A DNA stretch of 46,593 nt from Rhizodiscina lignyota (Eukaryota): assembly GCA_010015805.1 (NCBI GenBank), contig ML978124.1, positions 2,542,001 to 2,588,593 of the forward strand, written 5' to 3'. Made by a program: the position numbers and the translations under genes. The first letter of the stretch is position 1. Each line of letters begins with the position of its first letter. This document shows positions 1-11,745 of the stretch, piece by piece. A model generated the notes under the pieces. That model was not told the DNA's origin. It saw nothing but the letters and a program-made list of their open reading frames with translations, and ran no database searches.

Positions 1-103
1 GGAAATTGAGTACAGAAGTTGATTTGGCCTCGGAGGCGTCGACACTGAAGAAAAGTGCCTGAAGACAAACAACGAACGCCAGCATATTGAGAGAGGCAAG
101 CAT
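1..103 (-). CDS. Possible 5' end of a secreted protein gene running off the window edge (partial)
   Basis: ATG at 103 (minus) reads MLASLNMLAFVVCLQALFFSVDASEAKSTSVLNF with no stop before the edge. The hydrophobic stretch ending in VDA resembles a signal peptide. Too short to confirm. Confidence 0.3.
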   Translation of the reverse strand, partial: MLASLNMLAFVVCLQALFFSVDASEAKSTSVLNF

Positions 104-1558
104 CTTGACTGTTGAGAGAAAGGTTCGATGGTGCTTTTGAATTCGGAGGTGCGCGTCAGCGTTCGGCGGTGTAGGCTGCACACGCTTGACGGACTGACAA
201 ATCTTCCATGCGCGGTATATGCTGTTGTGGAAAAAGGGAAAGACTGTGAGAGGCGTATTTCAGCTATCTTACAATGCTGCGGCGTTTGGAGAGGAGAGAG
301 TTGTAGCGAGTGAGAAGCTACTTAGATACCGCAGTGTGGTGACGATGTCGACTTCTTAGCGCCTTCTTGAAGGAGTGGCAAGAACGTAAAAACCAACAGA
401 CGCAGGCACACAAATCCACCGAGTACGATAAATCTGAAACAGCTCGCCAGCTCACTACAAATATCGTCGGCTTCACGTCCGAATTCAAGATTCTCACCGT
501 AATCGGGTTGCCCTGGCCCCCAACGTCATCTTACCTGACGAACCCTCCGCTGTGCCGCGTGGGTGCAGGCTTCAGCTGCAGGTGCTAACTTACTGAAGAG
601 AGATGTGCCAGCCACAGCGGCAATCGAGCGGATCTCCGCTAGGAAGAAATTTATAAAAAGAATCCACTAACTTTTCATATCCCGCTTGATCTCGACTCCG
701 GAGGGTCGGCTGTCGAGCTGGACTTGGCGAAGGTGACGAAAGACGAGAGTACCTATCGTAACGGACGCTGAGGCAAGATCTTATCTTATCTTCGGAGATC
801 AGACGGAACATTGAAGACAGACGCCAGCCTGAAAGAATTTGAAGCCACCACGGACTACGCAAGATGCCTGCCGGAGTTGCAAGGAATGTAAATCAATCTC
901 TTCTTTAACAAATGCCTGATCATCTTCAGCGGGCGAGATGTAGTTCACAGTGCGTTAAGTGAGATAGGCTGACAGATCTCGCAAGCTATGACAGATTATC
1001 ACAGCCATTTTTGCCGAAGGGTTGGATGACACTCTGCGGCAGAAAGACTGATGTCGTTCACGACACTTTGCTCGATTGCTTGTTTGATGAACACAGTGAC
1101 CGCGGGCCTCATTGTACTGGAGTCGAACTGAGGAGCATGAATGCGCCTCGTTGTTCACGAATACCATTTTACTCAGTGAGGCCGAGCCAGAAATGCCACA
1201 AGCTACACAGCATAGGATACAAGACAATAAAGGATTGAACCGGGTACGATATCTAGCCGAGACCTACTAATTAGCGACATAGATCTACCTAACCACTCAA
1301 TGAGACATCACCTCAGCCACCAGCTCAGCCCGCTTGCGAGGCAAAGTTACTGGCAACGGTGGGGAAGGTAGCTAACCTCAAAACGGAGGTGAGGACAGTT
1401 TCGAATCTACTGTGATTCCTCTTAGGGAGAATGCTTCGAGTGCTACGGCCGATTCCAGATCAATAGTCCCAGTTGACGTGAAGCCTAATAGATGTATTTG
1501 ATTTCTATACGAGTATTCCAAAAGAGATCGAGGTTCCATATCAGTTCTCAGCTACTGG

Positions 1559-1564
1559 TATAAA
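1559..1564 (+). promoter_or_regulatory. Putative TATA box of the small secreted protein gene
   Basis: TATAAA about 90 bp upstream of the ATG at 1653. Confidence 0.4.
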
Positions 1565-1652
1565 GGGCCTTTTCATTCCACGCGTCTCATTGTTCGTTGC
1601 TTCGTCGAATCGAAATTTCATTCACGCCTTCCAGCACTTTACAAGGTCCCAC

Positions 1653-2128
1653 ATGAAGTTGGCAGTTTTTCTAACCCTGGCTGCTTCGGCGGCCGCTGAT
1701 ATCATCTACCTAGCCAACTGTAACGCTGCAGGCTCGCCTTTCGGATTCCGAGCCGCGGTCTTCCACACCGGCGGTGGTGCAGGCAACGGGCAGCTCAATC
1801 CATCGACTGGGAACATTGGCATCGCCGGCTCGGAAGAGTTTTGGGGACAGTCGGAAGAGATAATTGTGATATACCCTGACACGCAGGAGGTTCTCGTCGT
1901 CCAGCCACTCAATGACGATGACGCCACTGTCGGATTTGTCGCCGGTACGGCAAGCAACAGGCAGGGGAAGTTTACGTGTAGGAGGGATACCGACACGCAG
2001 CTCTTCAATAATGGCTTCATCACTTGTGACAGGAACTTTTTCTGCCAGCCAGTAAGTGACACGACATTTTCCAGTGTCACTTCTATCACCAGATCATGGA
2101 CCGGCTAACCGGGACTCTTTAGTCATAA
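1653..2128 (+). CDS. Small secreted Cys-containing protein (about 134 aa, effector-like); intron 2052-2122
   Basis: Signal-peptide-like start MKLAVFLTLAASAAA. Four Cys (LANC, FTCRRD, TCDRNFFC). GTAAGT donor at 2052, GCTAAC branch site and TTTAG acceptor at 2122 give a terminal exon of TCA TAA. Confidence 0.75.
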
Positions 2129-3608
2129 GGAGAACAAAACATAATAATGGACGCTATCTGCACGGTTGTGTGTGAATTAACGCTTAATCAACAATTATCG
2201 GATTGACTTGACTGCAATGAAACCGTCGAAAGAAGAAACGGTCATTTTCTGAAGAGTTGCTGAAAGACTAGACTTTGGGAACTTTGTGAAAAGTCTATAT
2301 TGTTACAAAGCCACAGGGCAGGAAAGCCAATTCTTCCACAATTGCTCGGTTATCTGCAGCGGATCAAGTGAGATGTGATTCATTGTTGCGCCGAGCAAGA
2401 GTAAAGACAAACTGACAAACCTCACATGCCATTATCACGGGTATTTTTGCCAAAGTCGGCTCGGATGACTCGCTGAGCAGAACGGATTGATGTCCATTCA
2501 CGATATCTCGGTTGATTGTTTATCTGATTGAGCTTGCCTTAATTGTCGATGATACCTTAATATTGCTGATTGAGACGCGTGACGAGCTACTAAAGTTTGT
2601 CTCTCGGCCTCGAGGCCTTCAGCAATCGACAAGTGGACTTTGGAAGTAATCTCCATGGTCGATGCTTCATCACTCTCCAAAACTCACCACCATGGCGGAG
2701 TTTGTGACCTTTACGCGTGAGCAATTGTGGGACCGTGCTATTCCATAATTTCAACATGCGAGGTCTTCATTTTGCACTCAATGCGTCGTCAGAGCCTTTA
2801 AAATATTTGAAACCCGAACAGATAAAAGTGCACTCGCCATGAGATTTACTGCCTTCCTTAAAGATGACCTGAAGAGTATTAACACGCTTGAGCTTGAGGA
2901 CAAAAGTTATCTCGTAAACTCGGTTTACTGGGTCACTGTACCGCTTGCAGGTGGAGTGTACGTGTGCATTCGATATGGAAGAAATAAGGCACTTCTGCTG
3001 CGACGGACACGTTCTTTCTCGTGTGCTGGTGTCACAATATAGATGATCGAGGAAAATGGCACAGTTGGAGCTTGCCGAACAGGCTTCATCGGGAATCTGA
3101 ATACACGCAATTCCATGGCGGATTCCACGACGTGGTCTCTGGCCAGCAGATGCAAGAGGAACTAGAAGGCCATAGGCTTGCGAAAAGAGAGAGCTCAACC
3201 TTGAACTGGCATTTGAGTGATGACAAAGAGAGCCTGTGGACGACAAACCGAAAGACTAGACACAGAAGTGGTAAACTACGACAATGCCAATGCCTTTATG
3301 AAAGTTATCTATTCATAAGTGGTTTTTGTGTCCGACTGGTAAATTTCAATCACAGTTCACAAATATGCAAGTCTGGATGTCAAGACTTCTCTGCGGATTG
3401 CGCTTTGAACATCCGCACGTGCAGAGGCTTTTGACTTGTTGTGGATCAGTTGAGGTACCTGCTGCTCCAAGTGTGTCGGCCAGAAACTCTAATTCTCTCC
3501 CAGATGCCGCTAAGCTACACGATACAAGACCACCTGCGATGAGCGAGGCGCGGAAAGCCTTAGCTAGCAAGCTCTCAAATCAACACAGTCATAGTATGGC
3601 ATCCCCGC

Positions 3609-4595
3609 TCATTCTTCAACCGTAGCAATCGGTTTCCATCCATCGACCTGAGCAACTGCATAGTTCCTCCCCTTTGCCAGCATATACAGGAGTCTTAAAT
3701 ATGGCGTCTCAACCTTCAACCCCTGCGCGATACGCACCGCATTTCCCAGAATCGCCTCAACTTCAATCGGCCGATTGTGACGAATGTCAGTCAACATGCT
3801 CGGCTCCTTACCGCCGGTCACAAGCCGATCGACATGCCGCTGCATGTGCTCTTCAATCACCTTCTCCGTGATGATGGGGTACCCGGCCGCAGAAGCAATC
3901 CGACCAACCTCACGCATCACGTCCTTCGCCATGTCTAGTGCTCCCGGCGAGGAGCGGATGAAATTAGCATCGTCGCAGAGAGTTAAGGCGGTTATGGGGT
4001 TTAATGTCGCATTCAAGGCAAGCTTGTTCCACCGTGCCACTTGGACGTCATCGAACACGGGTGCTTTTGCTCCTGCTGCTTTCCAGAGGTCTGAGAGGCG
4101 TTGACACTGCGCTTTGGCAGAAGCTGATGCGTTGGCGGGAAATGTGCCAATCTCGAATTGTTCGAGGAATGTTGTGTGTACTGCGACTCCTGGTTCTACT
4201 TGTGTGACCGGAAGATATACGATGCCAGATACTATCGTATTGTCGGGGTATAATTTTGCGTATTCGTCTTCAATGCCGATGCCATTCTGTGCCAATACGA
4301 TAGCTGTATTCTCTGATACTGCGTCTTTGATGAGTCCCGCTGTCCCTGGGAAGGCCTTACTACAAACCAGAATATAGTCGAATGGTCCATGAGACCGAGC
4401 TTCTGCTGCCGTCCGTACGGTTATAGGGTTGTACTGTTGCTTACCCCATTTCGTCGATCTGATCCTGATGCCGTTCCGTTTCACAGCTTCATAGTTGGTT
4501 CGACATGCTGCGGTCACTCGCGCCCCGGCTTTGCTCAGAATCCACCCATAGACACAGCCAACTCCTCCAGCACCGAAGATGAATGTGTTCACCAT
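3609..4595 (-). CDS. Ketopantoate reductase (ApbA/PanE) family 2-ketoacid reductase
   Basis: Intronless ORF starting MVNTFIFGAGGVG (Rossmann motif). Family motifs DYILVCSKA, QNGIG, WNKLALN, SMLTD and EVEAILG are present. Confidence 0.9.
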   Translation of the reverse strand: MVNTFIFGAGGVGCVYGWILSKAGARVTAACRTNYEAVKRNGIRIRSTKWGKQQYNPITVRTAAEARSHGPFDYILVCSKAFPGTAGLIKDAVSENTAIVLAQNGIGIEDEYAKLYPDNTIVSGIVYLPVTQVEPGVAVHTTFLEQFEIGTFPANASASAKAQCQRLSDLWKAAGAKAPVFDDVQVARWNKLALNATLNPITALTLCDDANFIRSSPGALDMAKDVMREVGRIASAAGYPIITEKVIEEHMQRHVDRLVTGGKEPSMLTDIRHNRPIEVEAILGNAVRIAQGLKVETPYLRLLYMLAKGRNYAVAQVDGWKPIATVEE

Positions 4596-5100
4596 TTCTA
4601 TTATCTCGAAGAAAAGCGAATGTCCATTTTGATACGTGAGTAAGATGAAAGATATGATATGGACTACCATGGGAGGTGCCGGTGTCGGCGAGATATCCTA
4701 ACCCGCGGAAGCAATTTGTCCGCCCCCTTTTCCGCATGCCAGCTTTTCCGTGCAACATCGTAGAGTCCTCAAAGTATGCATCTTTTGCTCCTTTATGATC
4801 TTCAAGAATCCTTCGATCCACATACAATTTGCTCATAATCGTCGTATTCGAAATTCGACAGTGCCGAACACGAATGATGCCCGCTAAGCAATATTTGGCA
4901 AAAGTAAATCTCCACTTTTTAGCAGAGCTAAGCCGTAAGCAGCAATGGGAATTTCTTCACACTCGACTGCGCCGCTCTCCTCATGTCATTTGTCTCATCT
5001 TTTAGAAGACGTACTTTGCACCTCGTTTGAAGCATGGAGACCTTTTATTTTGTACATTCTCTGTATCCTCTGAATCACACCATCTCACACGTGGGCTGCA

Positions 5101-7302
5101 ATGGCTCAGAGTCTCCGTTGGGTGCCTCAGGACTCAAAGCCTCGTGCTCCTCGCATATCCAACGATGAATGGAACCGACACAAAGATGAGCTGTGCAATC
5201 TGTACCGAATCAAGACGCTACAAGAAGTGATGGTGCATATGAGCGCTGTTTATGGCTTTCATGCAACGTCAGTCTCCCGATCATTTGATCGTCATTCCCA
5301 AAGTAGGGCGTCGACGCAGGGAATCTGACGAATTAGTAGACAGAGGCAATATGTCTCTCAGTTCGAGAAATGGGGTATCCGAAAGTATAGCAAGGCAAGC
5401 GAAGCCAGCTTTACATCACTTCGAATGTTCCCATCTAGCACGACGGGTCTATCCGACGCAGAAACGTTGCATACGATCAAGGTTGAAACACGGTCGCTTA
5501 AACGTGGCCTCCCAAGCTTTTCCAACTCTTATACAGACGACGTACATGACAGATCCGATACCATCAAGAAGAAGCATCGTTTCCTTGATGGGTACCGAAA
5601 CGATTTCCTTCCGAAGACAACATCGAAGACCCGCATCACATCCGAAGAATTAATGGGCAATGTCAATGCGAATCTTGAGAAGGATCGTGATGTGCCTCTT
5701 AAACGTGTTGAGGCATGGGCGGAAGGGCGGCCGCTGTTCCATATCCACGCCAGAGGCAACGTGATTTACCAAACTGGTTTACCTCCACTCGACCAAGCAC
5801 TAGTGAAGGCTGACCTCCGAAATCTGAAACACGCGGCAGAGTTCAATCATACTTTAGGTTACGGCACAAGAGCATTCGATTTGTACGACAAGATCATCTA
5901 TCTCTTGCAAAACTCCGATGCCTCCCCAGTATGGGAATGGACATGGGCGTTTACTGGGTACATTCAGAGCGCCATCAAATTTCGCTGCGATTTAGGCAAA
6001 GACAAAGTAGAGGCCGCCAGAACGTTACTGGAGGCTGCGATCAACGACTTGCATGGCAACGACTCGCTTGCGCCAATTTATATCCTGAAGAGTCTTCTTA
6101 TGGATATGACCAAGGCCATTCCGAAAGCTGTGCCGGAGAAACCGGAAGAACTTCTTAGCTCGCCCAAGCCCGACATTACTGGAGATGCATTGATCAAATA
6201 TCTTCCAGATCACGATCGGTCAATGGATCTCTGGACATACACCTCGTGGGAACTTCAGGCGAAACGGCAGTTGCTTGATAAAGACGACGTTTCATACAGA
6301 ATCAAATTCCTCGCTGAAGATGCGGCAATGAAAGATCGGCTTATCTATCGTCTTCCTGGCCCTTTCGAGCTCGAATTTGGCGTTATGAAGAATCCATGTC
6401 TACGTTCATGTATCCGGTGGTGTTATCACACGCTTGCTGAACTCCGCTGCGATACGGACAAACTTACGGACGAGTTTTCTGCAGCAGTTGCGGCAGCTGA
6501 CTTCGATGGTGGTAACGAACAAATTGTCACCTTTGCTTTGCTATGTCTGAAGTGGCACGCTGAGCAGCTTGGGTCGCCTGAGTGGTCATATCCAGCTGTC
6601 GAATGTCTCTCATGGATAGCCAATGCTGAATTATGGATGGGCATATCTGCATACAAGGTTCTCCGCACTGTGGTCGAGATGCTCTTCACCTTTAAACCAG
6701 AATCCTATGAGCAGTGGATAAACGCCGCTAATTCATGGATGGGGTTCGAGTCACTTCATTCGAAATACAAGGATGCCTTGGACTACGTCAACCAAAGTGC
6801 TGCAGCTCTCATGCGGCAGAACGATACCTATTTGGCGCGCTTATTTCTTGACACTTTTGCAACTCTACATGTTACCATAAAATCGGAGAGTGAAACTGTT
6901 AGACGAAGGGTGGAAGTGGACAAGCCGCCACAAAGATTACACGTCCGAGAAGCTCATTCTTTGTTGGAGTACACAGCACGATTTCCAAACGCGAATGCAA
7001 CACATCAAGGAGGGGAAGAAGAAGGTCTCGGACCAGTCAGCTCAACCACTACATCAACCAATACCGCTGCAAGAGCCCTCCCTCCTTTGGGGACCTCGCC
7101 ACAATCCGAGGGATCAGAGTCCTTTCGCCAACTGAAATCCATCCGAGACCGTATGCAGCTGTCTCGCCCTGCAGGAAATGAATCGTCAACACCATCAAAA
7201 GTCTTCAAATCGGGATCCACCGATACTAACTTCGTCTCGTGGATATCACATTTATGTGGCTCGTTTCAGAGTTCACTTAGCCTATCGTCGCCACGGACTT
7301 GA
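5101..7302 (+). CDS. Clr5-domain protein; intron about 5268-5336
   Basis: Spliced N-terminus EWNRHKDELCNLY...LQEVMVHM..YGFHAT..RQYVSQFEKWGIRKY matches the fungal Clr5 domain pattern. It joins in frame to the 625-aa ORF 5425-7302. Confidence 0.8.
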
Positions 7303-7430
7303 TGTTCATAAGCGGGTGAATTGTTGTAGGCGGCGACCAGGACGATGTCCGTGAACACCGCGAATAAGGTTTCATGAACCCAAGCGGAGAAATGACTGTC
7401 AGCTGTGGTTCATGGGCCTGCATTGGACTC

Positions 7431-9896
7431 TCAGCCGAGATCCCATCGTTCACCGTCGAAAAAGCCCTCCATATTCGTAAAGTCCATACCGTGGCTAAAT
7501 AGATCGAAGCAACTAGCCGTTGGCGTAAGCGAATCATCTAGGTCATTCTCGCGTAGGAAGTTTTCCTGCAGTGAGATATACGAGCCGGAGCCCACTGCGT
7601 TGGTCTGTAATCCCTCGTCCAATTGGACGAAGCTATCTGTGACGATAGTATCGGATTCGTCATTCGCAGGCCCGACGTCTTCAGCTTCTTGGCTTGTTCC
7701 GTGACTATTTGGTCGGTTATCGTCTTGTTCGTCATCGTCTTGATCTGGAGAACTGGGTTCTGACGGATTGTAGGGCCGAAGAATGAACGCACCTTCAGTG
7801 CGGTGTGGCAGTTTAAAAAGGGCTTTGCTGGGAAGCAGAACATCGTGTATATTCTTCTCTGAAGTGAACGAGGGAGTTCCATATACCAGGTCCCGTACTA
7901 TTTCTTCCGAAAATGAGAACATTCTGCCGTAGCCGAAATAAAGCTGTTTTTGCAAAGCTTGATACTACAAGGCAATCCAATATGTCAGCAAGAAATGCAA
8001 TTGTACCCAATGCTCGATTCGTAAATGCGTGGCGTACCAGGGAATTAAGAACTGGCCAGTACTCCTTCAGCTCCTGTAGAATGAGGAGGCACACTGCACA
8101 TTTGGCCCATGAAGAGTACGAAGCCGACGAGGTCGATTTGGGGCTACACATTGTGCCGTGGACAGATCCAGCCATGAATGCGCAGTAACCCACGAAGCAA
8201 GGCACCTTGGAGAAGTCTGGGGTAGTCGCCAGATATGCTTTGCTCAGATTTGCGAATTGATCCGCGTTGGAAAGCGTTGCTCTTGCGCAGAACTCCACCA
8301 GGTTCGGAGAGAGCTTCTGCCTTGCTTTGGACCCAGAGAAGCAAGGCACTGCAGAAGCGTTCAAATACACTAAGCAAAGATGGTACATTGATCGAAGGAA
8401 ATACGAGTTCCTCTGCACTCGTTCTGGGTTGTCTGGCCTCATAACATCGTCGTCCATTAGCTCCCCCGGAACGATGCTTTGGAATCGCTGCAACTTCGAA
8501 TCTAGCTCGAAGAACGATGTCAGGTAGACGGAAGAAGTGGCATTCCAGGATCGGCGCACGAATTGTTTAGCTTGTCTCCTTCACAGTGAGTTAGGTCAAA
8601 CATCTAGCAACGTTCATTAAAGCTTACCAGAGGTTGAAAAGTCCAACACAGTAGAATGAGCAATCTCTGAAGCTGCGATCATCCCAAAGCATCCAGTCAC
8701 TGATATCTGTAGCTCTGGTATCTCCATGCGTGGAAGTGTCTTGCTCGGATTCATTGGAATTCTCCAACTCCGGGACGGGATTGAAAGATTCATCTGCGTC
8801 GCAATCAGAACATACAGAGGCGGAATCGAGCAAGCAGCTCTTGATCCAACAAGCCCAACGCAACTTCATAGGCATGGAGGTGTTGTTTGGAATGCGCATC
8901 GAGCCTCCGCCGCCATTTCTCTGCAACCTCCGCAAGAGAATACGAGATGACTCGCGAGAGACACCTGTACTATTTGTTATCTTTCTGCCTTGAGAGATGT
9001 GTTTGGGAAGATACAGTCGCATGGATTCTCTTAGACTTACTGGAATAGATTGTGCTTCGATCCAATTCTCCAACAGCAAACCAGTACAACCCCAGAATCT
9101 CACACGCACGAATAGTAGCGAGACAGGGCTTGTCGCAGTTTGTCAGAACCAGTTTACTGCCAGCTTCCGCCCATGAACGGCCCTTTGTGCCTAGCGTGGC
9201 AAACGCCTCTAATCCAGTCTTCTTCGCAACGAGGCTGTTTTTGGGTGCGTGAAGGAATCTGTGCGAAATACTCAAGTTAGCGGCTGATGCGAATGTCATG
9301 CATCAAAAATGCTTGCGTTGGGAATACCGACAAAGATGCTAGAGCAAACACGCTCAGCAGAACGTATTCCGGAAGGGTTGACGCGTGGTAATCCTCGACG
9401 AAGCTTTTGTGCTCGAAGAGAAGAGAAGCGGTAAAGACGCGCGTGAAGTAAATCTCAATGAGGAAGAGGCCAACTTCCGTCTCAGGCAGTTGTCTTTCTT
9501 CTGCAGAGACATTTCGATGTGGTTGTTCGGCCATGGTCTGCCCAGACTTGTTCAGTCCACGCCCTGTCCTGGTCTTGTATTGCCATCTCGCACTGTGTCT
9601 CGAAAACTCACTCGAGGTTGTTCAGCGCTGATCCTCATGTTCGTTGGTGAAGGCATTTGTGCTGGCACGCCTCGAATGGACGCTAGATGTCGTCTATCTG
9701 GCGGTCGTGGGTATTGGCATTGCCAGTGCCGTTGGGTGCACCGGAGACATGAAGGTTTTCGTCTGGAGCATCGTATCTATATAACGGGTCCATGTATTAG
9801 CTTCCAAATTCCTGGGCGAGAATTTAGGCACTGTAGAAACATGCTGACCTTTTGTGAACGACAGCGCAAGCAAGCTGTTTCTGAGAGTCGTTCCAT
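7431..9896 (-). CDS. Zn(II)2Cys6 transcription factor with fungal-specific middle homology region (TF1), multi-exon
   Basis: ATG at 9896 gives MERLSETACLRCRSQK, then intron 9848-9777, then IRCSRRKPSCLRCTQRHWQCQYP (6-Cys cluster). Downstream exons contain LIEIYF, LLSVFALAS, ILGLYWF, WACW and LQELKEYW, followed by an acidic C-terminus. Internal exon boundaries are approximate. Confidence 0.85.
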
Positions 9897-10278
9897 AGAG
9901 GAAGTTGGTCGAGTCTGATTCAACTATCCTTGTCGTCGCTTGAGGATTTAACCAACGCCTGTCTGTTTTGCGCTTTGGTATGCAAGAATGAACAAGATAC
10001 CCAAGGCATGAGGAAAGCTTTGGCACACATTTCGGACAATCGCGATTACGGTCTGATGTCTCCGGGCATGGAGAGGAGCGGAAGCGTGGGATCAGCTGAA
10101 GGGACAAATGCGGGGAAAGCACCCTGAGCTAGAGAATCTCGGGGGCTTAGCGTGCCCAGAATTTCGGTACATGCCCTCCCCGAGCTGCGAGTTCACTCTG
10201 AACTTCTTCAACATCATTCTACTCTGTATGGAGCACATCCACTGAGCTCTCGCTCCATTGTCTTTAAATACAATGCTA

Positions 10279-11364
10279 TCAAAAGTCCCATTCGCCTTCC
10301 AAAGTATCTGTATGAGCAATCCAAATCAATGCGTTGGAACCTTCGCCCTTTTTTAACTCGGCCGTCTGCCGGATGATTTCGCGAGCCCCCTCTTCATGTT
10401 CATGAAACGTATTTGTTGGCACGACCGAGACCCCTTTTCCAAATGGCGCTTCCGGATGATGGACAAAATGATAGCAGTGGAAGCAATCGCCTCCCAGAAA
10501 TGCCCACTTCACTTCGCCAGACTTTGACTTCAGACGCGCCAAGGCGGCCAAATTTCCTGGACAATGTCCTGGCGCATCGATAATCCAGAAGCTGCCGTCG
10601 CCAAAGAAGTCGTGCGCATTTTTAAAAGGCCCAAGAGGCTGCCACTTGTGCGGGAGTTTGGATGGCGATGGCAGCTCTTCGATGGGCAGCTCAGACTTTG
10701 TCTTGTCCCAAACTCGGCCATCAAAAGTACTGTCGTCTTCTGTGGGCCACGACTGTCCAGTATATTCGAGTGTACCAGGTCCACAGAGCACTCGAGCATT
10801 TGGATGAAAAGCAGCGGCTGGAAAATGTGGTCCCAGTGAGCATGACTATGGACGATTCTGTCAGCCAGGGACATTCATATGTGGTATCAGACGAAACCGA
10901 CGCCCAGACATCTAGCAGTCCCGGGATATTCTCCACTCACCTTGCGATGATATATTTCACATCGTTTGGATCTAGACCAAGGGACTTGACGTCCTGATCT
11001 GGACTTGTTGCCGCCGGCTCCGTATTGAACACCTTGTGCTGCACTCTTTGTATCCTTGGTGGGTACAGTGAAAGGTCCTTCACCGGATTCATTTGTCAGC
11101 AATGCTCCGAATAATCGAGCCGGTACTATGGCCAGAGCATTGGAAGTTCCTTACGTGCGCGACACCCAAGTCAAACCACAGCGTCGTGTTTGTCGGTTCA
11201 TGAGAGATGAAGAACATCCAGGATGTCGGCGAAAGCCTCCCCTGTAGTCCCTCTATCGCCAATGATGCTGGAATACTGAAATGACACGTGTAAAATGGCG
11301 TGACCTTCACGAAGGCATCCTCGGTGTTTGGCAAGGGAAGTGGGTTATTCGACTTGTAGGCCAT
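10279..11364 (-). pseudogene. Metallo-beta-lactamase-fold hydrolase (lactonase/lactamase-like) with an apparent 1-bp frameshift near 10820-10826
   Basis: Motifs WFDLG, HAHWDH (HxHxDH), DFFGDGS, APGHCPGN, GGDCFH and IAH. HAHWDH (ORF 10530-10874) and the downstream LCGPG... region (ORF 10279-10791) are in different frames with no room for an intron. May be an assembly error. Confidence 0.75.
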
Positions 11365-11745
11365 TTCGGTCAGATTTTCAAGAGTTTGCTAGCGAGTACT
11401 GTAAAGAGAAGGGCACAACTGATTCCATCTTCTTTTCTATAATGTTCAACTCGTGCTTTCCTACTGTCACATCTCATTCTCTCCGATGATACAGGCAACC
11501 CTGCTGCAGGCTGACCGCCGCAGACAGTACAACATTCCCTTCGGTCCGAGCCCCCGGCCCGACCTGATCTTCAGCCTTCCTGCGAAGTTTACAGAATTAG
11601 CGGATCTCGAGATAGAATACGCCACTTTGGTCGTCTATTGGCATTTGTACTTTTGGGCATCTGAGATGCGTTATATATGCACTCCACGGCATCAAGTATT
11701 TACTCCGGACACGCTTAGGAAGACAAGTCAACATTCAGAACCACT

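Noticed and set aside
128..1238. Short ORFs at the window start
   Set aside because: They have no motifs, no consistent splice pattern and mostly non-ATG starts, so they are treated as intergenic.
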